Of a DNA stretch of 64,000 nucleotides, positions 1 to 12,379 are shown in pieces. The DNA is from Zootoca vivipara (Eukaryota), in NCBI RefSeq assembly GCF_963506605.1, contig NC_083288.1, positions 32,860,001 through 32,924,000 of the forward strand. Reading direction: 5' to 3'. The notes beneath the pieces were generated by a model. It was not told the origin of the DNA, ran no database searches, and worked only from the letters and a program-made list of their open reading frames with translations. The translations under genes and the position numbers were made by a program. The stretch's first letter is position 1. Every line of letters begins with the position of its first letter.

Positions 1-823
1 CCTTAACAGATTAGACAACTGGGCCAAAGCAAACAAGATGAATTTTAACAAGGAGAAATGTAAAGTACTACACTTGGGCAAAAAAAATGAAAGGCACAAA
101 TACAGGATGGGAGACACCTGGCTTGAGAGCAGTACATGTGAAAAGGATCTAGGAGTTTTGGTTGACCACAAACTTGACATGAGTCAGCAGTGTGATGCAG
201 CAGCTAAAAAAGCCAATGCAATTCTGGGCTGCATCAATAGGAGTATAGCATCTAGATCAAGGGAAGTAATAGTACCACTGTATTCTGCTCTGGTCAGACC
301 TCACCTGGAGTATTGTGTCCAGTTCTGGGCACCACAGTTCAAGAAGGATACTGATAAGCTGGAACGTGTCCAGAAGAGGGCAACCAAAATGGTCAAAGGC
401 CTGGAAACGATGCCTTATGAGGAACGGCTTAGGGAGCTGGGTATGTTTAGCCTGGAGAAGAGAAGGTTAAGGGGTGATATGATAACCATGTTCAAATATA
501 TAAAAGGATGTCATATAGAGGAGGGAGAAAGGTTGTTTTCTGCTGCTCCAGAGAAGCGGACACGGAGCAACGGATTGAAACTACAAGAAAGAAAATTCCA
601 CCTAAACATTAGGAAGAACTTCCTGACAGTAAGAGCTGTTCGGCAGTGGAATTTGCTGCCAAGGAGTGTGGTGGAGTCTCCTTCTTTGGAGGTCTTTAAG
701 CAGAGGCTTGACAGCCATCTGTCAGGAATGCTTTGATGGTGTTTCCTGCTTGGCAGGGGGTTGGACTGGATGGCCCTTGTGGTCTCTTCCAACTCTATGA
801 TTCTATGATTCTATGATTCTATG
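1..823 (+). mobile_element. CR1 LINE 3' portion (C-terminal ORF2 region, open 38..736) with (ATTCTATG)n tail; begins left of the window
   Basis: 232-aa ORF with CR1 motifs ([38 protein letters not shown]), CR1 3' UTR and 8-bp terminal repeats at about 793-823. Confidence 0.95.
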
Positions 824-1467
824 GTCTGCAAAGAGCCACCCACTTAGCTGTGCAGCAGCTGAATGACCAGAAAGGGGCAAATACCCGTGTCTCCAGGACC
901 CTGCCTATTCATGCTATGGATACGATCTCATATACCTTTATACATGCCTGCTTTGATACACACTAATTTGCTTGCTTTGATGGTGCCCTTATCTGTGGGA
1001 CTGGGTTGTTGAGCTCAGAGCCCAGAAGAGGAAGTATCTATAATGTTTGAGTACTTGCCACTTACACCCTCTTTGTCAGGTAGCTGCCTTGCTATATAAA
1101 AATGTATGCACTTTCACTTGGGCGTGGACAAGCATCTTCTTGCTGTGAAGGCCATCCCCTGTGTGCTTTGAACTGGGGCAAGGGGAACTGGCAGGCTCCT
1201 TTGCTGTAAGTCAATATATTTCTTCAATAAAGCATTAGAACTGATCATTCTGGTGTTTGGGGCTTCTTCCTTTGAATTCCTACACCATGCAAACCCCCAC
1301 GAGCGCTGCTCTGACACTGGGGCTGTGGTGTGCGACACACTGGCACACACAAGTGTCATGTTGGTGACGTTTATCATTAAGCATTGAATATAATGTCCCT
1401 AGCTTGGTGTTAATGACTCCCAATCATGCCACCCCTTCTTGTCTAGCTGAGAATGAATATTTCAGTT

Positions 1468-1735
1468 CAGAATATGTGACAAACAAATTTTCTCTATTCC
1501 CCAGGGGCTCCCCAACTTTAATTCAACAATTGCCCTCACAATTACCTTGTCAGAAGGACAGCAATTACTTTTGATATTCAGGGAAATCCCAGTGGAATAT
1601 CAGTGTCCACTAGCAAAACAAACAGCAAAGTCTGTGAAGGATGTAATAAATATACCCAGTAAAATTCAGGGTCAGGGAGAAGAATTTAGAACAGGGCAAA
1701 GATCCACAGTTCTGCTCTTGGATATTGCAAGTTCG
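1468..1735 (+). promoter_or_regulatory. Conserved V2R upstream/promoter module, gene 1
   Basis: CAGAATATGTGACAAAC (1468), ATTCCCCAGGGG (1496-1507), CAATTA (1562), CCAGTGG-N11-CCACTAG (about 1589-1613), TAATAAATATA (1644), TTCTGCTCTTGGATATT (about 1710); same order upstream of all paralogs. Confidence 0.65.
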
Positions 1736-1861
1736 TGGCTATTGGGGAAATGTGCAATGTTAAGCTCAAGCAGTTTTTAATCAGAGAGGCTGTAATGATT
1801 ATGCTGTAGAACAAAATAGGGGCTTTTGTATGTAGAGTAAAAATCTGGGCTTGTACTGAGA

Positions 1862-4800
1862 ATGGTTTTAGTCATTGTGCTCCTGGCCCTGTTACCTCAT
1901 ACGGCATGCAGGGCTCGCAGGGTTCAGTGCAGTATCCGTCACCCACAGCCTCCAGTTCACACATATCATCAGCCAGGAAACTTCATCATTGGTTCTGTAG
2001 CTTATCACGGCTGCGTGGTCACCAGTGAAATGCTTTTCTCAGAAGAACCCCTGCCAACATTGACAGATACATTTATGTAAGGCCTTGATGGTTGTTTGCT
2101 TTTCTTTCCATGCATTTGACCCTGGGATAATGAGCATTAGAGCTGCACTCTCAGAACACTGAGCTCTTGTCTTTAGCTATAGTAAAGAGTGAATGCAAGG
2201 GTGACCAAGGTGGTGCTCTGAGTGCCGTTAGATTGCAACTCCCATCAGCCCTAGGCAAAATGGCCAATGGCCAGTTAGTTGTACAATGACTAACCATCAA
2301 TTAGGGGATCCTGAAAAAAATGGAGGGGTTTTTTTTTGTCAAGTGTCAAAAAAGGTACCATGGATGGATGGAGGAAGTTTTTGTGTATCAGTTTTAGTTT
2401 TGACCATCTGTATAGATCTGCCTCTTTATTCACTTTAATTAAAGTCAATTCAAAAAGTACAGATCTTTGATTTTTGTTTATGTCCCTCCCCCCAAATAGT
2501 GCACAAGCTTATTTTTGTTGTTTAGAATTTCTTCTTTCTTTTGGTAATAAAAGCTTAAGCCAAGCCTCTGTTTCAGATAGATATTGTTTAACTTACCACA
2601 TAACCTTAAAACTGCAGTATTGATATACAGGATATGCATTTGAAGGCAGAACTCCTTGTCATTTCTTCTTGTGCACCATATCAAGCCACAGCCCGTGAAA
2701 AGCTTAAAGACTTACACACAAGCCCCTTTTGATACACTTGATCACGCCAACATTGTTTTAATATCTCCTAATTTTCAAAAGGTGCTCAGCTTGACCATTT
2801 TGGCTGAAATCCTTTACCAAATCACCTAGGAGACGGAATGGATGACTCTGTCAAATTCAGCATCCCTATCAGATGCTACCCAGCCTTTTCCCCACCAATT
2901 AACTCAAACCTTTTTGTCTAGAACAAGAGCAAATAATGCTGTTCCACCTAATGAATGGCAATTTTTCAGACATTTAACAATGGCTAAAAAGTTTCCCCTT
3001 AAGCATTTCTTTTTCAAACTAAATATGATCAGCTCGTTCAATTTTTCAATGCAGTTCATTTTAGTAAACAATATCAAACAAGCAAATACTCAGGAAGCAA
3101 ATGGTGTGTCATGTTTTGAATGGGAATACTGCTGTTGTTTATCTCTTAGGGCAAAGAATTGTTCAGGAAAGAGAATATTTGAATACTGTAATAATGAATA
3201 AATCAATAAGATGTACAACACAATGACAATGATTAAACTATGTATAAAATATGTTTTTGATACAGAACACAATTCTCATTCCAGCATAGTGCCCAAGTAT
3301 TACCAACACATCACAGCCTTGGCATTTGCAGTAAAGGAGATCAATGAAAACCCTCATATCTTACCCAATCTCACGTTGGGATTCAACATCTATGACAGCC
3401 ATAACAATGCAAGGAAGACCTATTATGCCACAATGCTGCTTCTATCAGCTCTGGAAAGATTTATCCCTAACTACATAAAGAACAACCAGGAAAATCTAAT
3501 TGCTGTCATTGGGGGACTGGATGCCCACATTTCCATTAACATGGCAAATCTATTGAATAACTATAAGATTCCGCAGGTAGGAGATTTGTGTGTTTTTGTG
3601 TGTGGTATTGGAATTTAACTGACACTCACCATTACTTGTTCCTTCTTTTTTAAAATAATATTTTTATTAGTTTTCAATTACAATCCAATAATAGCCTCAT
3701 TATAACAATTCCAATTTATAATACAATTATTAATACAAATTGTTAAATACCAAATTATATAATTTACATAAAGTGTCCCCCCTGTGTGCTAGATTTGATG
3801 GTGTGATGGTTTTCTTTATTTTTGTGTTCCAAAATCTTATTAATTTCAATTACATTCCGGTCATAATAAGAATCCCTCATACAACAACTGCAATATTAAT
3901 AACTTCTATTTGTGTTGACACATTAAATGATTTATAAAACTACAAGTGAGGAATTCAGCATATATCCTTGTTTGTTCTGTGTGTGGCAATTATTCTGTCT
4001 GTGGTGTTTCTTCCTGTCCTTGTAAGGTGCTATGTTTTTCTTTCCCCGGTTGTTGCTGATGTTCTAGATATTTCTCTGTTGCTCTGCCCCATGCTTCGTT
4101 GTTTTGCAACTTTAATAACAGTTGCAAAAGGCACTCTCTCAGATAAGCCAATATTCTTTTAGCCAGAGCTATTTTAAGAAATAGGAATGCGTGTGGGGCT
4201 GTGGGTTAAACCACTGAGCCTAGGGCTTGTCGATCGGAAGGTCGGCAGTTCGAATCCCCACGACGGGGTGAGCTCCTGTTGCTCGGTCCCAGCTCCTGCC
4301 AACCAAGCAATTTGAAAGCATGCCAAAAAGTGCAAGTAGAGAAATAGGTACCACTCTGGCGGGAAGGTAAACGGCGTTTTCGTGCACTGCTCTGGTTTCG
4401 CCAGAAATGGCTTAGTCATGCTGGCCACATGACCTGGAAAAACTGTCTGCGGACAAACGCCGGCTCCCTTGGCCAGTAAAGCGAGGTGAGCACCGCTACT
4501 CCAGAGTCGTTCACGACTGGACTTAACTGTCAGGGGTCCTTTACCTTTTTTTTTATTTTGAGAAATAAAATAGTACAATTCATGCACTTGTATTATTGTT
4601 GTGAAGACTGGTAATATAAGGTGTGGGATGAATCAAAAGTTCTACTTTGGAGGGTCCCCAAATCCTCTGGAGCAGATTTAGAGAGGGACAAGCACTCCTG
4701 AGAGGAGGGGGAATTGGCAACTATTGAATCCCACCTTAATTTGCAGACAGGTAGCTTTGATTAGGAGAGAGATGGCATGGCATTCCAGTGTTCATGGTTT

Positions 4801-7116
4801 TGAAACCTTCAGCATGATAGATACATTCTGTCAGGGTTGTTGTGACTACTCTTGAGTAACAACCTTCCACATGCTTGTCTTTTCCGACATTTTTATTAGT
4901 GCACATTATTTACAGTGTAACGAACTGCTGGTTTCATGTCTACTCGCTCGAGTCAGATTCCTGCACTGCCCCCCTTCGCGTTTTCGACCATGGTAAAAGC
5001 CTCGGAACTGAGAAGCGCCTCCCTTTCCTCCTCCTCCTCAATTCTGGCATCGGCGAGACGAGTCTTCGGTCTGACCGATTCCCGTCCTCTCTTTCCGCCT
5101 CCCTCTCTCCCTGCCTATGGAGTAGGGGCTCTTGGATGTTGCCAGAGCCCTGGCACTCCCTTTCCGTTTCCTGACTCCCTCCATCAGACCCTTCACTCTC
5201 ATAACTGCTGAGAGACGTGCTGCTTCGGATGAGGGGGGGGTTCTCTATAAACCCTCCCCCTTACACATTCTATTACTATTCTCTTTCTCCCCCTCCCCCA
5301 ATCTCTCTCCAGCTCATATATGGCTCTGTTCCATTGATGAATGATGAAACTACAGGGCATTCCTTCTACCAGATGGTCCCCCATGAAGCCCTTCAATATA
5401 CAGGGATTCTTTCTTTGCTTCTATATTTCAGATGGACATGGATTGGAGTCCTTATAATGGATGATGAAAACGGTGAAAGATTTTTGCAAACTGTGTTACC
5501 ACTCTTTTCCCAGAAAGGTGTCTGCTATGCATTCATAAAAAGAGTCCCCCTATTCACTGATCACTCTCAAATTAACCAAGTAGTAGAACACGGTGAGGAA
5601 ATATATAATGAAGTAATGAATAGTGCAGCAAATGTTGCTCTGTTTTATGGAGAATCAAAATCAACGGTGTTTTTGAGATGGATTCCATATTTTGCAGAAA
5701 ATCCACCATGTATACCAAAAGCTATGGTATGGATAACAACAGCCCAAATGGAGCTCACTTCACAAGTGTTTCAAAGGGACTGGGAAACAGAAATATTTCA
5801 TGGTGTCCTATCCTTCACAATCCACTCCAGCGACCTCCCAGAATTCAAACCATTTGTTGAGAGAAGAAATCCTTCCAGTACAAAAAGAGACGATTTCATC
5901 AGGGACTTCTGGCAACAGGCCTTCGGCTGTGTATTCCCAGATGCAGATATGGCAGATGTGGAGGAGAATATATGCACTGGGGAGGAGAAATTGGAGAGCC
6001 TTCCAGCACCATTCTTTGAGATGAGCCTGAATGGCCACAGCTATAGCATCTACAACGCTGTCTATGCTATAGCCTATGCTTTACATGACATGTCCTCATC
6101 TAGACTCAAACAGAGAGCAATGGAAAGTAAAAGGGGACTGGAGCATCAGAACCAAAAGTTGTGGCAGGTAATATGCTCCACAACTTTAATTGACAGACTA
6201 CCACAACCATGGTACAATAGACCCAAATCTGTATAAGAAAAATTTTTCCCCACGACTCTTCCACTGTTCATCTTTATTCATCTTCCACCAACTAGTATGA
6301 AAATAGTAGCCCACTAGTCTTTTTAAGATTTGCTCCTTGGTTCCATTGAATTTAGTATATGAACCATGTTCACTGCTATAAATTTCCTGATTCCTGTAGG
6401 ATATCCCTGCGACGGGGTGAGCTCCCGTTGCTTGGTCCCAGCTCCTGCCAACCTAGCAGTTCGAAAGCATGTCAAAGTGCAAGTAGATAAATAAGTACCA
6501 CTCCTGCGGGAAGGTAAACAGCATTTCCGTGTGCTGCTCTGGTTCGCCAGAAGCAGCTTTGTCATGCTGGCCACATGACCTGGAAGCTGTATGCCAGCTC
6601 CCTCAGCCAATAATGTGAGATGAGCACCGCAACCCCAGAGTCGTCACGACTGGACCTAATGGTCAGGGGTCCCTCTACCTTTATATCTATAAGGTGTGTA
6701 GGTGTAGCTTTAAGAAGCATGCTTTCTGCCCCTCATTATTCTTCCCAAGTGATCCCTTTCTCTCTCACACTTTGATCAACTAAGTAACCCACATTCCAGT
6801 TCAAGACTATACAACATGATGCCCTCCTCCAGATATTTGTTGGACTACAATGCCCATCATCCCTAACAGTTAGCCATGCTGGTTTGGACTGATAGGGGTT
6901 GGAGTCCAACAAAATCTGGAGGAGGGTGCTATGTTAAATAGTTCTGCTTTAGGTTGAGTTTAGGGATATAAAAACATGCCACATAATACGTTCCAACATT
7001 CATTCATGCTTGCTACTGCTTACTGTACTGCTGCAATTGGTTTATTTTGCACAAGTCTTTTTGCCATTTTGAAATTTTGTTTGTTCATTTAAGAGTTTTA
7101 TCCATAATTTGGAAGC

Positions 7117-7148
<32 letters not shown>

Positions 7149-10100
7149 CCTACAAAGACAAAAAGAGTGAAACAAGGGCCAAAAAGCAATATTATCCAGA
7201 ACAGAGAACAGAAGGAAAACCAGGGGGTTCAAAAATCAATTTGATCACAGTTAATTCAATTTCAGCAATGACCTCTTCCAGGGCTTTTTTCTGGTGGTAC
7301 AGAGGAGGACGCATACCCCTAAACATTTTGAGAATCTAAGTTTGGGCTCATTGAGGGGCAGTATTTCAATATCAGTAGGAAAATGAGAACACCCCTAAAC
7401 ATTTTCATTAGAAAAATGCACTGTGTATCTCTCTCTGTATATCATCACTGCTGTTGGCCAGAAGGGGAAAGTGGCAGGGAAGTTGAGATAGAGCAGCTGC
7501 CCTATGGGAGCACTGGTTCTGCTGGTGCACTCACACTGCACAGATCCCCCCCACTGCCTTCCTCTTCCCCATCACTCTCTTGGGAAAGCGTATGAACAAA
7601 CGTGACAGGAAGTTTGCTTTGTTGTGGTATAACGTATTGCATTTTGTAAACTGATGTGAGACTTCTGTTTAAGGCAACTCTTAGGTCAAATTCATTATAA
7701 TGTTGATAATAATGTCACAGTTATGTCATCATTAATTGTATCTGCTCCTGTCTCTGAATCATAAAGAGTGAGAGCATTTTTCATGATTTTCCGCCCAAAT
7801 CAAAACCCATACATGACATTACTTCTTATTATGAAAAATCCAACTGCAGTCTTTTCTAAACTCTTACCTTCTTCTAACCAACCTAGCTCCATCATTTCCT
7901 CAGAAGTGTCTCCTTTAACAACAGTGCTGGAGACACAGTTTCCTTTGACCAGAATGGGGAGATAGTGGCTGGATTTGATGTGATCAACTGGATTGTTTCC
8001 CCAAACCAATCATTTCACAGAGTGAAAGTTGGAAGGGTGGATCCCAACCAAGTGTTTACCATCAATGCGGATGCCATAACATGGTACAGTGGGTTTAACC
8101 AGGTAGGTCCCTTGCCTAGTGAATATTATATCCAATTCTGAATGAGTACAAAATGTCTGGGGTGTTAGGGATGGGGTAGTGGGGGACACATCATACTCCT
8201 TCTGGGGTTGTTTGCCCACCTTTGGTCCCCACCCTGCACTCAACTCTCCCTGTGACTCCTAGAAGCTACCAGCATAGGACAATGGCCAAACCCTGGGAAA
8301 GGTTTCAACTGGCCTGCTAAGTGAGGCGAGGGTAGCCAATGGGTCTCAAACCCTTGTTTAGTAAGGGACTTCCCCTGCAGGCAAATACATGCTCCGGTGA
8401 ATAGAGCAGACAAGAGCAATACTGGGTTGAACGGTCAAGAAGGCAGTTTTTGCACATGCTGTAAAGAAGAGTGAGAGGCAGATAGGACCTAGCAACCTGG
8501 GAAGGTAGCCCATCTGGGAGAAGGAAAACTCTGGGGCTAAACCTCTGCTACTTGCATGATATTTTCAGGAAAAGAAAAGGCTAAGGAGTAAAGCCTACAC
8601 AAATCCAGAGTGCCATACATCTGGGAAATCCAAGATATGTTCTGGGGGGCATCTTAAACATTTTAAAGGAAACGTCTGGGTTTTTTTGGGGGGGGGGCTT
8701 GAGCTCAGAAGCAAGCATAGGTGGCTGGGGTGTGGGGTCGGGCACGGGCATGGGCATGGGCAGCTCGGGCGCAGACATGGGCTGCTCTGTATGACACAGC
8801 CACTGCCAGCCCGAGCTGGAGTAAGAGACGCATGGGCACAGTGGTGGTGCCATGCCCCCAAGCCCAGACCCACCCACCTCCTTCCACAGCTCATGGCTTT
8901 TTCGCTCTTCAAGATATGACAACCCTACCCTAAAATGGTTGGACAGCACATTGTATGCCTCTTTCCTGCGACTCCTGCAACCAAGCTGGTGCCACATGTA
9001 TTGCTCCATTGGACCACATCAGTGAGACCAAGGGGGGGGGGTCTTGGGGCAATCAGGAACCTCCATATACACTACCCAGGTTTACACTCCAGGGATGCCA
9101 ACAACTATCTGTCCTGATGTCGAAAACTGATTTATTGGTCAGATATTAATGAAACCCTATAAAAATAGGCTGCTGCTGTTGTTGCTTCCCCCTCCCCCCA
9201 AGAAATAGCACAATAGCTTAAATACAGTATATGGGGTCCTACAAGTTCCTATGGTTAAGATGCCCTTTTCTCTATTAACTGAGAATGATTTAGAGGATCA
9301 ATATCCTCTAAATATTTTAATAGTTTATAGAAAATGATATGTATGTATGTCTGAAAAAAAACATGCATTGGAATGATTGAATAACCTAAAGTGTAAAAGC
9401 CCATATAGGAATCAAAGTAGGGAATCAGTTTTACAAAGAACCCATCACTTTGACAAGTGTAATTAATGTGAATATTTAGGCACATTAGGATATCATTTTA
9501 TTTGTGTTAATAAAGAAAGGTAGCAGCCTTAACCATATGCTGCTTATGGTGGTATCACTTTGGAACAAAAAAGAAGTCAAAAGAAACATGAGAATTACAT
9601 CTTGTATTTTGCTTTCTCATTTATGGATTAGTCACAGCCACTTTCTTTATGTAATGAGAGGTGCCATCCTGGCTTTAGGAAGAAAGTGAAGGACGGGAAA
9701 CCATTTTGCTGTTATGATTGCATCCCATGTCCTGAAGGGAAGATTTCAGACAAGGAGGGTAAGAATTAAGTATATATTGTATTACACGACACAATTGCTC
9801 CGACTTAAAGACAGAAGAATGTGCCTATATCACAGTTACTTTTCTTCAATGTTTGAAGTGTTTGGAATGTGGTTGGAAGGTTCATGAATGGAGAGCTAGC
9901 AGAAAGGTGCTGCCGTAGAAGAAATTATCTGGTGGTTATGATCATTTGCTTCAGTTTACTCACATCAGATTCTATCAAGAAATGATAATGCCTTCTGAGT
10001 AGTTATCTGAAGGGAGATACTGGTGATATTTAGGAAAGAATGTAACTTTCAATGGGAGGGTTGAATTGTTCATGGATGGTAGCCATTAAACACCCCAACC

Positions 10101-12015
10101 CAGGCATTATGTATCCAATACTTTAAACATATTCTCATGCACTTTGCACCAGGTTGGGTGGGGGGTGGGGCGGACAGTATAGGATGCAGGAAGGGGAATG
10201 GCACCAGGGCTTGCAGGGGAAGCATGCCAGCCTGTGAGAACTTGCATCCTGAGCCAGCCCTTCTTCCACCATTGGAACTGATTTGGGTCCGAACACTGTG
10301 ACGTAAAGCAATGGCAGGCTGGTGGGGGATAGGATAGTATTGCATGTTAAGATTCCATCTGTTCAACATTTTGTATTGAGACTCCCAAACTTTTGTAAGA
10401 TAGCTAACTTCCTAAATTCTCCATAATAACACACACGAGAGAGAGAGATATCTGCAGTACTGGGAGGGAGGAGCAGTTTCTTTAAATTTTATGCTGGAGC
10501 AAGTAGTGCTAGCACCACTCATCAGCTGACTGCTCCAGCAAAGGAAAGAAGGGGAGCTCATTTTTAGCTTCTGATTATTACCAGATTGAAGCCCTAGACA
10601 TCTGATGCAAGGCAGGTGAACATGGCTTATTCAAAGGAGTCCCAAGACTCTAGTGAAAGGTGCAGCAGTTCAAGTCACAAGTCACAGCACTTAGGTGGTA
10701 TGCCTACAAGTGATAGAAAGGGTAAACACATGAGATGTTTGAAGAACAGAAGTGAATTGGGAAATGATCTTTTTGATCCCCCTCAGCCTTGATGCTGGCA
10801 ACTCGCAGCTCCGGGCCTGTTTGCTGTGCCATCCTGGGACCTGGCATAGCACAAATAACAATTTCTTGCTCCCTCTACTATTGTCCTAACCTTCGCTAGA
10901 TGTTGTGCAATGTATACCTTTTAAACAAGGCCACCAAAGCAAATTAACTGTGATTTAGTATTCCCATCTTCTTGCCACTTAGAGGATGAGTGATACTTTT
11001 CATACTGCACGTGCTGAATGAAGTATGGACAAAAATATGTGCTCTGTTTGCAAATAAAACAACCCAATTATAACTCCCCCCCAAAAAATAAGACTATATG
11101 CCTTCTTTTTCAGACATGAATGATTGTAATAAATGCTCAGAAGAAGAATATCCGAACACGAATCGGGATATGTGCATTCCGAAGGAAGTAAGCTTCTTGT
11201 CCTTTGAAGAAACTTTGGGGAGCATTTTAGTCTGTTTTATTTTTTCCTTTTCTTTGGCTACAGCTCTGGTGCTGTGGACATTTCTAAAGCACCATAGCAC
11301 ACCCATTGTCAAAGCCAACAATCGGGACCTCACCTACACTCTCCTCATCGCCCTTCTCTTCTGCTTCCTTTGTGCATTGCTATTCATCGGAAAGCCTGAG
11401 AAGGTAACATGCCTCCTCCGACAAACAACATTTGGCATCATTTTCTCAGTAGCTGTTTCTTGTGTGTTAGCAAAAACCATCACAGTAGTTCTGGCTTTCA
11501 TGGCCACCAAACCAGGATCCAAGATGAGGAAGTGGGTGGGGAAGAGAACAACCACTTCCATTGTGGCTTTCGGCTCCCTTATTCAAGCCGCTGTCTGTAC
11601 TGTGTGGCTGGGATTCTCACCCCCATTCCCAGATGTTGACACACACTCGTTGACTAAAGAAGTTGTACTAGAATGTAATGAGGGATCTGTGTCTATGTTT
11701 TACTGTGTCCTGGGCTACATGGGCTTCCTGGCTATTGTCAGCTTCACTGTGGCTTTCCTTGCCAGGAAGTTACCTGATAGTTTCAATGAAGCAAAGTTCA
11801 TCACTTTCAGCATGTTGGTCTTTTGCAGTGTTTGGTTATCCTTTATTCCCTCCTACCTTAGTACCAAGGGAAAATACATGGTTGCTGTGGAGATCTTTTC
11901 TATCTTAGCCTCCAGTGCCGGTCTGCTTTGCTGCATCTTTGCCCCCAAATGCTACATTATTGTGTTACGGCCTGAGCTGAACAACAGGGAACATCTAATA
12001 AGAAATAAGGCCTGA
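1862..12015 (+). CDS. Vomeronasal type-2 receptor (V2R, class C GPCR), gene 1; 868 aa; join(1862..2076,3285..3576,5313..6167,7887..8102,9632..9758,11114..12015)
   Basis: All introns GT-AG with compatible phases (2,0,0,0,1); total 2607 nt. Signal peptide, VFT motifs (FAVKEIN..LPNLTLG, WTWIG, YNAVYA), Cys-rich exon 5 ([11 protein letters not shown]), 7TM exon ([28 protein letters not shown]). Confidence 0.93.
3650..4165 (-). mobile_element. Probable L1-type LINE 3' end fragment
   Basis: T-rich tail with TTTATT at the left end and long T/C-skewed tract resembling the other L1 3' ends in the window; boundaries approximate. Confidence 0.35.
4183..4548 (+). mobile_element. Sauria SINE (tRNA-derived, Bov-B-related tail), full length
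   Basis: tRNA-like head with B box GTTCGAATCC, conserved body (GTGCAAGTAGA..TAGGTACC), CCTTTACCTTT tail; one of seven similar copies in the window. Confidence 0.9.
4829..5265 (-). mobile_element. Solo LTR (437 bp) with 5-bp TSD CATTC
   Basis: TG...CA termini, CATTC at 4824-4828 and 5266-5270, AATAAA on the minus strand near 4891. Confidence 0.75.
6405..6683 (+). mobile_element. Sauria SINE, 5'-truncated
   Basis: Matches body and tail of the other copies. Confidence 0.88.
6822..6925. mobile_element. Degenerate palindromic hAT-type MITE related to the 136-bp family
   Basis: CCTCCAGATATTTGTTGGACTACAA...GTCCAACAAAATCTGGAGG fold-back. Confidence 0.55.
7279..7423. mobile_element. Possible hAT-type MITE
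   Basis: CAGGGCTTTTTT...GAAAAATGCACTG imperfect termini and an internal CCCCTAAACATTTT repeat; similar ends at about 25855-25985; no clear TSD. Confidence 0.4.
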
Positions 12016-12326
12016 AGAATTTGTGCACCTGCATGTTTTAGAACTCTGGAGTTTTGCTTTTGTTTGCACATCAGAATATTTGTAAGAGCTTCCCATAAAT
12101 ATGTTTCCCCACAGATGTCACTGTTTTCTTAAATATATAATCTATAAAAGGCTCTCTATGTGGGTAGCATACAAAAATGGCAACATTAAATCAATATAAA
12201 ATTAGAGCAAATGATCTTTAAACAAAATCCATTGTATACCATCCTTAAACTGCAATAGCAATTCTATTTTGTTGGAATATAGTAAAATAGCCAGTTGCAT
12301 CAGGCTCCTCTATTATTTGTCTTCTA

Positions 12327-12327
<1 letters not shown>

Positions 12328-12379
<52 letters not shown>
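12328..12379. repeat. (TAA)n microsatellite
   Basis: Direct reading. Confidence 0.95.

Noticed and set aside
4174-4587. Repeated ORFs containing GHVASMTKP (4.2, 6.3, 31.1, 33.1, 44.3, 45.5 kb)
   Set aside because: Translations of non-coding Sauria SINE copies
8165-8615. Repeat-like block sharing GGAGTAAA(G/C)CCTACACAAATC with the minus strand at about 52865-52887
   Set aside because: Probably an old non-LTR/SINE fragment, but family and boundaries could not be supported by eye
11334-11908. Recurrent antisense and alternate-frame ORFs over exon 6 (e.g. [36 protein letters not shown]) in several paralogs
   Set aside because: Shadows of the highly conserved V2R 7TM exon; lengths and starts vary between copies and there is no independent evidence of coding
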